Of a stretch of DNA of 64,000 nucleotides, positions 29,007-37,364 are shown in pieces. Location: the NCBI GenBank assembly GCA_036303125.1, contig JAXJBE010000278.1:299-64298 (forward strand), given 5' to 3'. Source of the stretch: Bacteroidaceae bacterium (lineage in GTDB: Bacteria; Bacteroidota; Bacteroidia; Bacteroidales; Bacteroidaceae). Under the pieces are notes generated by a model. That model had not been told where the DNA came from. It was given only the letters and a program-made list of their open reading frames with translations, and ran no database searches. Within the stretch, counting starts at the first letter, position 1, and each line of letters starts with the position of its first letter. The translations under genes were made by a program, and so were the position numbers.

Positions 29007-29969
29007 TTATTTACTAATATAGGAAGGTATATCCTTATACTCATCCGAACGGACAAAAGCAACCGCATCTTTCATTCCCTTGATATAATTTACAGGAATG
29101 CGGAAATCGCATTTCGCCACACCCAAAACCAAGTGTAATAACATCTGCCACAATGCTTTCGCAGAAAATGCAGCTACAGACAACCATTGCTTGTCCCTGC
29201 TCTCATATATCATGCGCCACCAAGTGGTAAGTTGCCCATACGACCTCGTATAAAATTTTCTCACATCTGCATGATAACCTCCGCTGCTTGTCTTTGCGTC
29301 AAGATTCAGTACACCCGAATCATAAAGCACACCGCACTTGTACCCATTCAAAAAGAACTTATAAGATTCGACCGCATCATCGCCGTATGCAAACCCCATC
29401 CTTTCCATCCATAATTCATCCTGAATACATATCTTCTCAAGCGATGTTTTCCTGACCATCCAACATGGGCCAGAGAATGTCTCTGTCAAACAAAAATTGC
29501 TTTTCGGACAATCGTTATAAGAGAACGACCCGTCTCTTCTCATCTTAAAAGCCCATCCATCATCTCGCCTTGGAAACACTCCATTAGTTACGGCAGCCAA
29601 AATTTTTCCTTTGACAGACATACCCTGATTACAGAAAGAGTCTGCAGCCACACAATCTGCCTCATTGTCTTCCAATGCATTAAGCATCCGTTCCGCACTG
29701 TCATCAGCCAATTCGACATCATCATCGAGCATCAGCACAACATCCGAATCAATCTCGTCATACCTCAATGCCCTTTGGGCCACCATACCTTTCTTCACCC
29801 ACACATACTCTTCGTTTCCCACTGTAAAGGCTGGGCGTTCATAACCTTGAGCTATATACACTACTACCTTTTCTGGCTGAATAGTCTGATGGGCTATACT
29901 ATATAATTCTTTACGCAATATACCGGGATTGACACCCAATGTTCTAATTGCTATTGAATATGTAGTCAT
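29007..29969 (-). CDS. GT2-like glycosyltransferase
   Basis: IAIRTLG...HQT...VVVYI, with a DXD motif (VLMLDDDVEL). Confidence 0.6.
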   Translation of the reverse strand: MTTYSIAIRTLGVNPGILRKELYSIAHQTIQPEKVVVYIAQGYERPAFTVGNEEYVWVKKGMVAQRALRYDEIDSDVVLMLDDDVELADDSAERMLNALEDNEADCVAADSFCNQGMSVKGKILAAVTNGVFPRRDDGWAFKMRRDGSFSYNDCPKSNFCLTETFSGPCWMVRKTSLEKICIQDELWMERMGFAYGDDAVESYKFFLNGYKCGVLYDSGVLNLDAKTSSGGYHADVRKFYTRSYGQLTTWWRMIYESRDKQWLSVAAFSAKALWQMLLHLVLGVAKCDFRIPVNYIKGMKDAVAFVRSDEYKDIPSYISK

Positions 29970-30025
29970 AATATGGCGTTTCCTCTTTTAATCTTAGGCT
30001 GAAAGCCGCCAAGAATCTTCTAAAA

Positions 30026-30730
30026 TCATCTTTTCACCCATTTCAACAGTCGCCTCACAGGCCTCAACAGCTTCATTCGCCATACAGCCACCTTGCCATG
30101 AGGTGACTTACTAAACCAATGTATTGAGACTGTACGGTCTGTAAGACCCAGTTCACCTGTAGCATCTGTATAAGGACAGAGATAATCTACAGGCAAAATC
30201 TCAGCACCACACACCTCCTGTCGACTGCCATCACGCGCCAATCCCCACTCTTCCAGCGCAAGCGTATTCAGCTGAGGGCAACCCCACATCTTGCCATTGT
30301 CGTAACAGTACTTGCCATCCACAAAGAGCCCGTCATACTTTTCTCTCATCGCTCTGACTGCCTCGTGATGCGGTACAGCAGCAAAGCCAAGGCCAGTATT
30401 CACAAATTCAGGAGTCTCCCAACCGAAATACGCAACACAATCTGCCAGCAACTCATCGGGTTTCCTCACCACCTCAACGTCTGTATCGAAATACAGCCCA
30501 CCGTACTCCTCCACAACAACCAACCTAACATAATCACTCAGATAAGCCCACAGTTTATGCTCATAACAAAACTTGGAGTATTCATGCTTCCAAACATCAA
30601 AGTTGGACTCGTTCCACTCCCGTATCTCATAATCAGGAAAAAAACTCATCCAACTATCCTTACACTTTTGCGCCATACGCGGCAGAGGCCTGCCACCAAA
30701 CCAGCAATAATGTATAATCTTTGGTATCAT
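30026..30730 (-). CDS. GT32-type (Gly_transf_sug / capsule synthesis) glycosyltransferase
   Basis: IPKIIHYCWFGGRPLP ... YLSDYVRLVVVEEYGGLYFDTDVEV (DXD). Confidence 0.7.
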   Translation of the reverse strand: MIPKIIHYCWFGGRPLPRMAQKCKDSWMSFFPDYEIREWNESNFDVWKHEYSKFCYEHKLWAYLSDYVRLVVVEEYGGLYFDTDVEVVRKPDELLADCVAYFGWETPEFVNTGLGFAAVPHHEAVRAMREKYDGLFVDGKYCYDNGKMWGCPQLNTLALEEWGLARDGSRQEVCGAEILPVDYLCPYTDATGELGLTDRTVSIHWFSKSPHGKVAVWRMKLLRPVRRLLKWVKR

Positions 30731-31260
30731 AACATCTCTTGTCTCTGCTTATTCACCAATACAGTTCCGTCAGGAATCGTCCCTCTAACCACGCACCCAG
30801 CTCCTATAACACAATTGTCTCCAATCTTGGCACCTTTAAGAATGACAGCATTTGAACCAACCCAAACCTTATTACCTATCTCGACAGCACATGTAGTCAA
30901 CTCACAGCTTACCCCTGTCTCTGAGGAATGTTTATGGTTATTATCAAAAATCTTCACACCTGGTCCAAACATACATCCTGCGCCAACCCCTACCCTCTCA
31001 TGCGCACTTATCATACAAAATCTATTGAAATAAGTTCCGTCGCCAATATTAATTACGCCACACCCATGAACCTCAAAGTCACAATAAGCAGCAAATTCAC
31101 AGTTTCTTCCCACCACAATGGATCCCCTTTCAAAAATTTTCAATGCGCACAAAGGGCTAATCCTCTGAATCCAATTTACGCAGTAAGAATCAAGATGAAT
31201 CATCTTGTTCATGGCTGTGCGACATATATTATACATTATTATTAATATTGTACCTATCAT
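30727..31260 (-). CDS. Left-handed beta-helix (hexapeptide) O-acetyltransferase
   Basis: Hexapeptide repeats (IGNKVWVGSNAVILKGAKIGDNCVIGAGCVV). 4-nt ATGA overlap with the upstream gene. Confidence 0.75.
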   Translation of the reverse strand: MIGTILIIMYNICRTAMNKMIHLDSYCVNWIQRISPLCALKIFERGSIVVGRNCEFAAYCDFEVHGCGVINIGDGTYFNRFCMISAHERVGVGAGCMFGPGVKIFDNNHKHSSETGVSCELTTCAVEIGNKVWVGSNAVILKGAKIGDNCVIGAGCVVRGTIPDGTVLVNKQRQEML

Positions 31261-32462
31261 ACTGAAGCCATCTTATAAATTTTTTCTATTTCATTCTCAT
31301 TGCCATAGTCATGTTCTCTCAGATATAATGCAATCCTATCGCGTCTCTCTGTATCCACAATGAACTCCGCCAAACGATCTGCACATTCCTTCACATCCAT
31401 AGGAACAATTATACCGTCCACTCCTGTCTGAACCTGAGATGCTGCAGTTGGATAATCTGTCACAACAACAGGTCTTGCAAGTATCTGAGCTTCCCTTACG
31501 GTTATAGACTTACCCTCATACCTACTTGGTTGTACATATATGTCACAGGACTTGATAAACGGATAAGGATTGTCTTGCTTGCCTAACAAAATCACATCAT
31601 CCGCCACACCTTCCTTCCGAGCATTTGCACGTACCGTTTCTTCAATCTGATTATTACCATAACCGATAATATACCATTTGACCTTCACTCCCCTTTCTCT
31701 CACCAACCTGCATATTTGCGGGATGTCCTCCATTTTTTTGGGGTATGAAAATCGACCTATGGTCAAAAGTTTCACCACATCTTTATCACTGCACAAAAAG
31801 GATGATCCTTCGCCGGCCCTATCTCGTATGAACGAAGAGTTCAGAATATTCTCAATAGGGACAATTTTATCAGCAAGAGTAGGGAATACCCCCACAAACT
31901 TTTTTCCAACCTCTTCACTAATACTTGCAATCCAATCTAACTGCCCCCACACACCCAGTTCTCTTTCGACATCGACATAAACAGTAGAATAATCAGTATG
32001 AATCCACCCCATCTTCCTTTTCGCCCTCACCTTTTTCAACACATAGTTATGAGGTATCAAGAAAGATATCGCCAAATCATACTCTACATCAGGACTGATA
32101 TTGGGCAAAAACGGTTCCACACAATCAGCGATTCTTGCAAATATACGTATATCTTCCTTTCCTTCTGGCACAGGCGATTTCCCCACAGTCCACTTTGCTG
32201 CAATCCTCCCCAAAGCAATTCCCCATTTCCCAGATAAAAGACATTCTGCTATAGGGCGTTCTATCAATCTATAATCTGTCACTTCTGGCAACAAACGTAC
32301 ACAATCTTTTGGAATATACCTCATCAGTTCACCACGATGACTGTATATAAAAACATCCACATCCGCCCTCTCAGGGTCAACGCTCTGCAATAGCCCAAGC
32401 AATGCGCTTTCAGCACCGCCCAACTCCATGTAATGCATCAAAATCAATATTCGCGACTTCAT
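31257..32462 (-). CDS. Glycosyltransferase family 4/1 (GT-B)
   Basis: ILILMHYMELGGAESALLGLL N-terminus and a C-terminal PSRYEGKSITVREAQILARPVVVTD motif. Confidence 0.75.
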   Translation of the reverse strand: MKSRILILMHYMELGGAESALLGLLQSVDPERADVDVFIYSHRGELMRYIPKDCVRLLPEVTDYRLIERPIAECLLSGKWGIALGRIAAKWTVGKSPVPEGKEDIRIFARIADCVEPFLPNISPDVEYDLAISFLIPHNYVLKKVRAKRKMGWIHTDYSTVYVDVERELGVWGQLDWIASISEEVGKKFVGVFPTLADKIVPIENILNSSFIRDRAGEGSSFLCSDKDVVKLLTIGRFSYPKKMEDIPQICRLVRERGVKVKWYIIGYGNNQIEETVRANARKEGVADDVILLGKQDNPYPFIKSCDIYVQPSRYEGKSITVREAQILARPVVVTDYPTAASQVQTGVDGIIVPMDVKECADRLAEFIVDTERRDRIALYLREHDYGNENEIEKIYKMASV

Positions 32463-32478
32463 CTGTAAAGGTCACTTT

Positions 32479-33594
32479 TTAAAATTCTCTTGACGTGTTT
32501 CTATGATTCACTTTTTTCCTTACTCCAAACACATATTTCTCCACTATAGAACTCATCCTCAGCACACGAGAGATAATCAAACTTATAGCTACAACTACAG
32601 ATGCAACCACAAAAGAAAGCAACAGTTCGCCAAACGGATTATCTTCTTTTATGATATTCTTAAAAGGCATACGAAAACCACTATACAAAACAATATAATG
32701 TATAAGGTATATATCCAAAGTTCTTCGCCCAACGTACTGTATAATTTTCCCTACTACAGTATTAGAAGCAAACACATGCTCGTTTCTACGGAAGAATTCA
32801 AAGCACAACGCTATGCCTGTAAATGCAGTTATCAAATGTACAAGCAGACTCGATTTTTCCGAAAGGATGTCGTAAAACATGTTAAAAAACAAGAACACAC
32901 ACATACAAATCACAATCAGAATGTCGTGCTTGTTCATATATTTCCTATAGCATTCATAATACTTTCGCAATCTACTTCCTATTACAAAATAAATAAAATA
33001 AAACCATTGTTGCATGCCTATTGCGATGATTATTTCGTTACTCTTCTCTGATAGCGCCATCAAATGATTTATATAAAAAGAGAAAGCCATTATTGCAAAA
33101 CCAAACATGACAATAAACAAATCCCTTAATGCAGGTCGTATAGCAATGTTTTGCAATATACAATGAATCAGTATATATAGACAATAAAACTCAAACAGCA
33201 TGTAAGTAAACCAATATCCAAAACGAGAATACGAAACAAACGAGGGAATAAAGTTCACACCTTGACAATAGCAATAAAACAAAAGGAAAAGGGTTGGCCC
33301 AAACAATTGAGGCCAAAATTTTTTGCATATAAAAGCCTTTGTATTGTTCCAGGTCCATTTGAAATCAGGCTTATACAGCACAAAGCCACTTACAAAAAAG
33401 AATAAAGGCATCCGGAATTCGGCAAATAGCTCATTTAAAGAGTAACCCTCATAGCCTAAATCGACACTGAAATGACACATTACCACCAATAACATAGTGA
33501 AACCTCGCAAGGCATCAACATACTCAATACGATGACTTGACGATCTGGAGAGGGCATTCAACATTCTTTCCATTTGACTATCCATTATTCTCAT
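32479..33594 (-). CDS. Acyltransferase family 3 (membrane O-acyltransferase)
   Basis: RIEYVDALRGFTMLLVVMCHF, followed by about 10 TM helices. Confidence 0.8.
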   Translation of the reverse strand: MRIMDSQMERMLNALSRSSSHRIEYVDALRGFTMLLVVMCHFSVDLGYEGYSLNELFAEFRMPLFFFVSGFVLYKPDFKWTWNNTKAFICKKFWPQLFGPTLFLLFYCYCQGVNFIPSFVSYSRFGYWFTYMLFEFYCLYILIHCILQNIAIRPALRDLFIVMFGFAIMAFSFYINHLMALSEKSNEIIIAIGMQQWFYFIYFVIGSRLRKYYECYRKYMNKHDILIVICMCVFLFFNMFYDILSEKSSLLVHLITAFTGIALCFEFFRRNEHVFASNTVVGKIIQYVGRRTLDIYLIHYIVLYSGFRMPFKNIIKEDNPFGELLLSFVVASVVVAISLIISRVLRMSSIVEKYVFGVRKKVNHRNTSREF

Positions 33595-33603
33595 TTTTGT
33601 TCG

Positions 33604-33683
33604 CGAAATATTTACGTTATGTCAAAGCAAGCAGAGCCACACTTACCTAAGCTCTGTCATTGCGAGAATGCGCATCTTTAAGA
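33604..33683. repeat. Diverged solo copy of the ~75-nt hairpin repeat seen in tandem at 61781-61927
   Basis: By-eye alignment to unit 1 at 61781-61855: 28 of 35 identical at the right end (GCGAGAATGCGCATCTTTAAGAAC vs GCGAGAAATCGCACTTTTAAGAAC). It shares AGCAGAGCCA in the centre, and the left end is about 65 percent identical. Confidence 0.55.
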
Positions 33684-33811
33684 ACAGTATCACACATCAA
33701 AATAAAGCGAAGATATTATTAAGTGCTATTATGAACACCTGCTTATTACATCTGCTACAACTTGTCCAACACATATACGATGGCTACTCAAACAGTACGG
33801 TCGTCCAGCCT

Positions 33812-35179
33812 TCACTCCTCGCATATCATTTTTGCCATTTCATTGAGAGCCACACACTCCTGCCTGCTTATTATACCTCTACGCTCAGCCCTCGGCATCT
33901 CGCTCGGCACAAGCACCAGCACCTGTCCGTTGACACAGTAGTCATACAATCCACCTGGACACTGCGTATAGTCGCTAAAACCATTGTCAGCCAGCACAAT
34001 CACCGAATGTCCCTCCCTCAGACACACATCCCTCACAGCCGCCTCATGCGGACTAATGAACGGAGACACAAGAGCGCATCCCTTTCTCGCCATCACCACA
34101 CAGCTGTTCTTATACATCCTCTTCTCATCGTCCGTCCATCGGCTCCTCACATGCACTTGATGTCGAGGCAAAGCCAGCAAGGTAAGATTGCCTATCGCAT
34201 CATAACTCCTCCCTGCTATCATTATACCGCGCATCGGTATCAGCCACTGCGGGTGATGCTGTTTCTGCCAGCGATGCATCGGATTTTTATGCACATAGGC
34301 TATCATCGCCTTCAGCTGCCCTTTCCGTCTCAAACGCGTCTCATCAAAATCATCCTCAAAGAGAGCATGTCCGACCTTGATACGCTGAGAAGACAAGGAT
34401 GCAAGCTGCTTTAAGAAAGCATCAATGCCCAACGGAGTACCAGCCACACCAAGCCCATCAGTCCACAAGCACCCAGTCAGACTCATCCTCACCGGCTCAA
34501 CAGCCACCCCACTCATCGCTCTCGCCCTGCCGCCCATGCCTGCATCCGCATGCGTCCCCACACCAACACCCACACCAGCATCTACACGAGCTCTCACTTC
34601 AGGCCTTTCGCAATTCCCTTCACGATTCCCTTCACGATCCCCCTCACGATCCCCCTCACGCGCTCCTCCATGCGCCCTCGCTCCAGCCCCCACTTCAGTC
34701 CCCTCACAAGAGCAGCCCCATGCTGCTCCATTCGGTGTTTCGGGCTTCCCAAGCCCGCCTAACACCGCTCCATTTCCACTACCATACCTCTCCTCACTCA
34801 TCTCCAGCCATCGCCTCAACCTCTTATTACACCCCTGTTTGAATCCCCGTATTATCATCCCCAGCCTATCCTTCATCCTCTGCCTCACAAACAACACAAA
34901 ATGGACATGGTCAGGCATGCACACCGCCGCCAATATCTGCACATCGTTCCCTTTAGCACTCTCATGCGCCGGTATCTCCTGTATAGCCCTCGCCACATCC
35001 AGCCCCAGCGGTGATAGCTCGCACCTTGCCTCAGCACTTGTCTCCCCCACTATTCGTCCCAGCACCTGTTCTCTGTCACTACACACCAATGTGATATGAT
35101 ACACACACCGCTCCCTATAGTCGTGATATGGAAGATGCTTCCTATGAGTTGGCTTAACCAAAACTTCTTTATTTTCCAT
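33812..35179 (-). CDS. HUH / Y1 (IS200-RAYT-like) domain protein, split by a low-complexity insert and carrying an unassigned C-terminal region
   Basis: HUH motif (AAVCMPDHVHFVLFV) and the downstream GHALFEDDFDE...MIAYVHKNP tyrosine-helix motif. The ~170-aa insert is rich in G/A/R/E/V (GAREGDREGDREGNREGN, GVGVGVG). The last ~130 aa match nothing I recognise. Confidence 0.6.
   Translation of the reverse strand: MENKEVLVKPTHRKHLPYHDYRERCVYHITLVCSDREQVLGRIVGETSAEARCELSPLGLDVARAIQEIPAHESAKGNDVQILAAVCMPDHVHFVLFVRQRMKDRLGMIIRGFKQGCNKRLRRWLEMSEERYGSGNGAVLGGLGKPETPNGAAWGCSCEGTEVGAGARAHGGAREGDREGDREGNREGNCERPEVRARVDAGVGVGVGTHADAGMGGRARAMSGVAVEPVRMSLTGCLWTDGLGVAGTPLGIDAFLKQLASLSSQRIKVGHALFEDDFDETRLRRKGQLKAMIAYVHKNPMHRWQKQHHPQWLIPMRGIMIAGRSYDAIGNLTLLALPRHQVHVRSRWTDDEKRMYKNSCVVMARKGCALVSPFISPHEAAVRDVCLREGHSVIVLADNGFSDYTQCPGGLYDYCVNGQVLVLVPSEMPRAERRGIISRQECVALNEMAKMICEE
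34613..34660. repeat. In-frame 12-bp tandem repeat x4 inside the HUH-like gene
   Basis: ATTCCCTTCACG x2 followed by ATCCCCCTCACG x2; on the minus strand this encodes REGD-REGD-REGN-REGN. Confidence 0.9.
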
Positions 35180-35182
35180 ACA

Positions 35183-36364
35183 TCACAGCTTTCCCAACAA
35201 AAACATAACAATGGTGAAAGCGGCATGCCCCAATAAAATCAGTCCTGCTTTCCTGTCTTGATCTTTCCATAAATGCAGTCTAATGACAGCATAAGCCATG
35301 ACAATAGGATAAAGAAACCAACTAAGATATGCGAATCGATTAGAAAAATTAGCACGTATCATCATCACCCAAAAGGAGTTGCAAAGCAAATATGTCGTAG
35401 CAAGAACATTGAACACTCTCAAGCTATTAGCATCAGCTATAACATCTGTTCCTGCAGGATTACCATTCATCGCCGGGACTCCACTTGCATCTACTTTCTT
35501 CTGAACATACCAAATCAACCACACAGGCATAGCGCTATACAGCAAGAAATCCCAACGAAAGCCTGCAGTCGTATATGTTCCTTCTGAATTATCTCCTGAA
35601 GTATATGAATCCATTCGGTCATCAAACCCTAATCCTGCAAAAATTGTAGATATAGAAGTTCCTGCCACAAAAGATACAGGTATACTAATTAGCCAAAAAT
35701 AGATCGCCCATTTAGGACTCTTTATCAAATAGATGGAGGCCAAGCACCCCGCAATAGGCAACAATGTTGACTTATGAGCACCCATTGCCAACAATCCAAG
35801 CAAGGCTGCCAGCCAAAGCTTCTTCCTGTTCTCAGCAACAATAGCCATTGCCAATGTCAGCAGACTACAAGCAAATCCGTTGCGCATGCCATTGACAGCA
35901 TACGTCCATGTAGAAAATGCACTCAGAAAGAACATCATCGCCAAGAACGGACTCTCCCACAGCATCTTGCGGATAGCCCAAAAAACGAAGCCAAGATAGC
36001 CAATCTCTATCACTAAAAACCACAAGTTGACAGAAAAGCCCAATCTTTTACAGTTCTCCTCTATGAGACGCCAGAACCATTCCTTATTGATGTCAAAATG
36101 CACTTCCTTTGGTATACTTGAAAGATTATAGCCATAGGCATAGTTCACAGTATCTCCAAAACGATAGTTCACAGGTCGAAGACCGACAAAAATCATCAGG
36201 GAAACCACCAATATCACTACTGGCACTACTGATTGCTTTTCCAGCAACTTATCACAATTGTCAGAGCTACTATAATTGAAGAATATCAACACACACAATC
36301 CAAAAACCAACCACATGTAAATTGGCTGATACAAAGCAGGCACTATCATTTCATTCATTAACAA
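35183..36364 (-). CDS. EpsG-family membrane protein (Wzy-type polysaccharide polymerase candidate)
   Basis: 393 aa with about 11 TM helices and the general EpsG-like layout. Its stop lies 3 nt before the next start. Confidence 0.6.
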   Translation of the reverse strand: MLMNEMIVPALYQPIYMWLVFGLCVLIFFNYSSSDNCDKLLEKQSVVPVVILVVSLMIFVGLRPVNYRFGDTVNYAYGYNLSSIPKEVHFDINKEWFWRLIEENCKRLGFSVNLWFLVIEIGYLGFVFWAIRKMLWESPFLAMMFFLSAFSTWTYAVNGMRNGFACSLLTLAMAIVAENRKKLWLAALLGLLAMGAHKSTLLPIAGCLASIYLIKSPKWAIYFWLISIPVSFVAGTSISTIFAGLGFDDRMDSYTSGDNSEGTYTTAGFRWDFLLYSAMPVWLIWYVQKKVDASGVPAMNGNPAGTDVIADANSLRVFNVLATTYLLCNSFWVMMIRANFSNRFAYLSWFLYPIVMAYAVIRLHLWKDQDRKAGLILLGHAAFTIVMFLLGKL

Positions 36365-36368
36365 CAGA

Positions 36369-37352
36369 TCACACGTATTTTTCCACTATTCTATACATTC
36401 TCCATTTCATCATCAAGAAAAAACAATACTCTTTTAATGACGGATAGATATTTCTATAACCAACAAAATCAAAAGCATCCTTCACCATGGGCATATTCAA
36501 GACTCTTCTTACCCCAGCCCTTTTGTCTTCCGGACGCAGATTATGAAACATCATCATTATATACCGTTTCACAATATCCTCATTCATATCTTTTGTAAAT
36601 GGAGTATATTTATCTACATCAAATTCTTCCACCACCTTTTTCTTATCTGCAATTTGAAACTGCAAACTACTCTCCATCCACGGATTATACTTTTTCTTCA
36701 TCGCACTATTCATGTTATTCACTCGATAATAGTACAAGCATTCTGGGACATATATGATATTGCGGGCATTCATCATCATTCTGAAATTAAAAGCAGCATC
36801 CTCACCTATCCTCACATTCTCATTATATCGAACACGGCTTTCTTCAATTATTCTTGTCTTAAACACAAATCTCCAAGAAAAGCACAGATTCGAAGAAGAA
36901 TTCAAATTCGAAACATAACCAATGTATTCACATGGATGCATCAATTGATTAGACGGGAATCCAGCATAAACTTGATTTCCATCTGGATATGTTTGATATG
37001 CACATTGCACTATATCTGCATCATACTTCTCTGCCTCATCAATCATTTTCTTATACATATCATTGGAGACAATATCGTCTGGGTCAAAAAAAGTAATATA
37101 CTTCCCTGTCGCAATCTCAATTCCCATATTACGTGCAGAACTTGGACCTGAGTTTTTATCCATACGCACAACTTTAACGCGCACATCTTTAGCTGCATAC
37201 TCAGAAAGCACTAATAAAGAGTCATCAGTAGATTTATCATCTACACAGATTATCTCCACATCCTCTACCGACTGATTCAACAGAGAATCAAGTCCCTCCT
37301 TTAAATATCTGCTTACGTTATATACAGGAACTACTATACTTAACAATGCCAT
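36369..37352 (-). CDS. Glycosyltransferase family 2
   Basis: LSIVVPVYNVSRYLKEGLDSLLNQSVEDVEIICVDDKSTDDS ... FFDPDD. Confidence 0.85.
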   Translation of the reverse strand: MALLSIVVPVYNVSRYLKEGLDSLLNQSVEDVEIICVDDKSTDDSLLVLSEYAAKDVRVKVVRMDKNSGPSSARNMGIEIATGKYITFFDPDDIVSNDMYKKMIDEAEKYDADIVQCAYQTYPDGNQVYAGFPSNQLMHPCEYIGYVSNLNSSSNLCFSWRFVFKTRIIEESRVRYNENVRIGEDAAFNFRMMMNARNIIYVPECLYYYRVNNMNSAMKKKYNPWMESSLQFQIADKKKVVEEFDVDKYTPFTKDMNEDIVKRYIMMMFHNLRPEDKRAGVRRVLNMPMVKDAFDFVGYRNIYPSLKEYCFFLMMKWRMYRIVEKYV

Positions 37353-37364
37353 ATTACTCCCCTC

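Noticed and set aside
34425-35099. Long + strand ORFs antisense to the HUH-like gene (also 33668-34414 and 34399-34842)
   Set aside because: They are shadow ORFs produced by the GC-rich, low-complexity insert. Their products are proline/serine/histidine-rich with no motifs, whereas the minus-strand frame carries recognisable HUH and Tyr motifs.
33595-35182. A complete IS200/IS605 insertion sequence around the HUH-like gene
   Set aside because: There is no tnpB, and no subterminal hairpins on both sides (only one repeat copy, in the 3' flank). Only 3 nt separate the gene from the upstream EpsG-like stop. This is not a standard IS.
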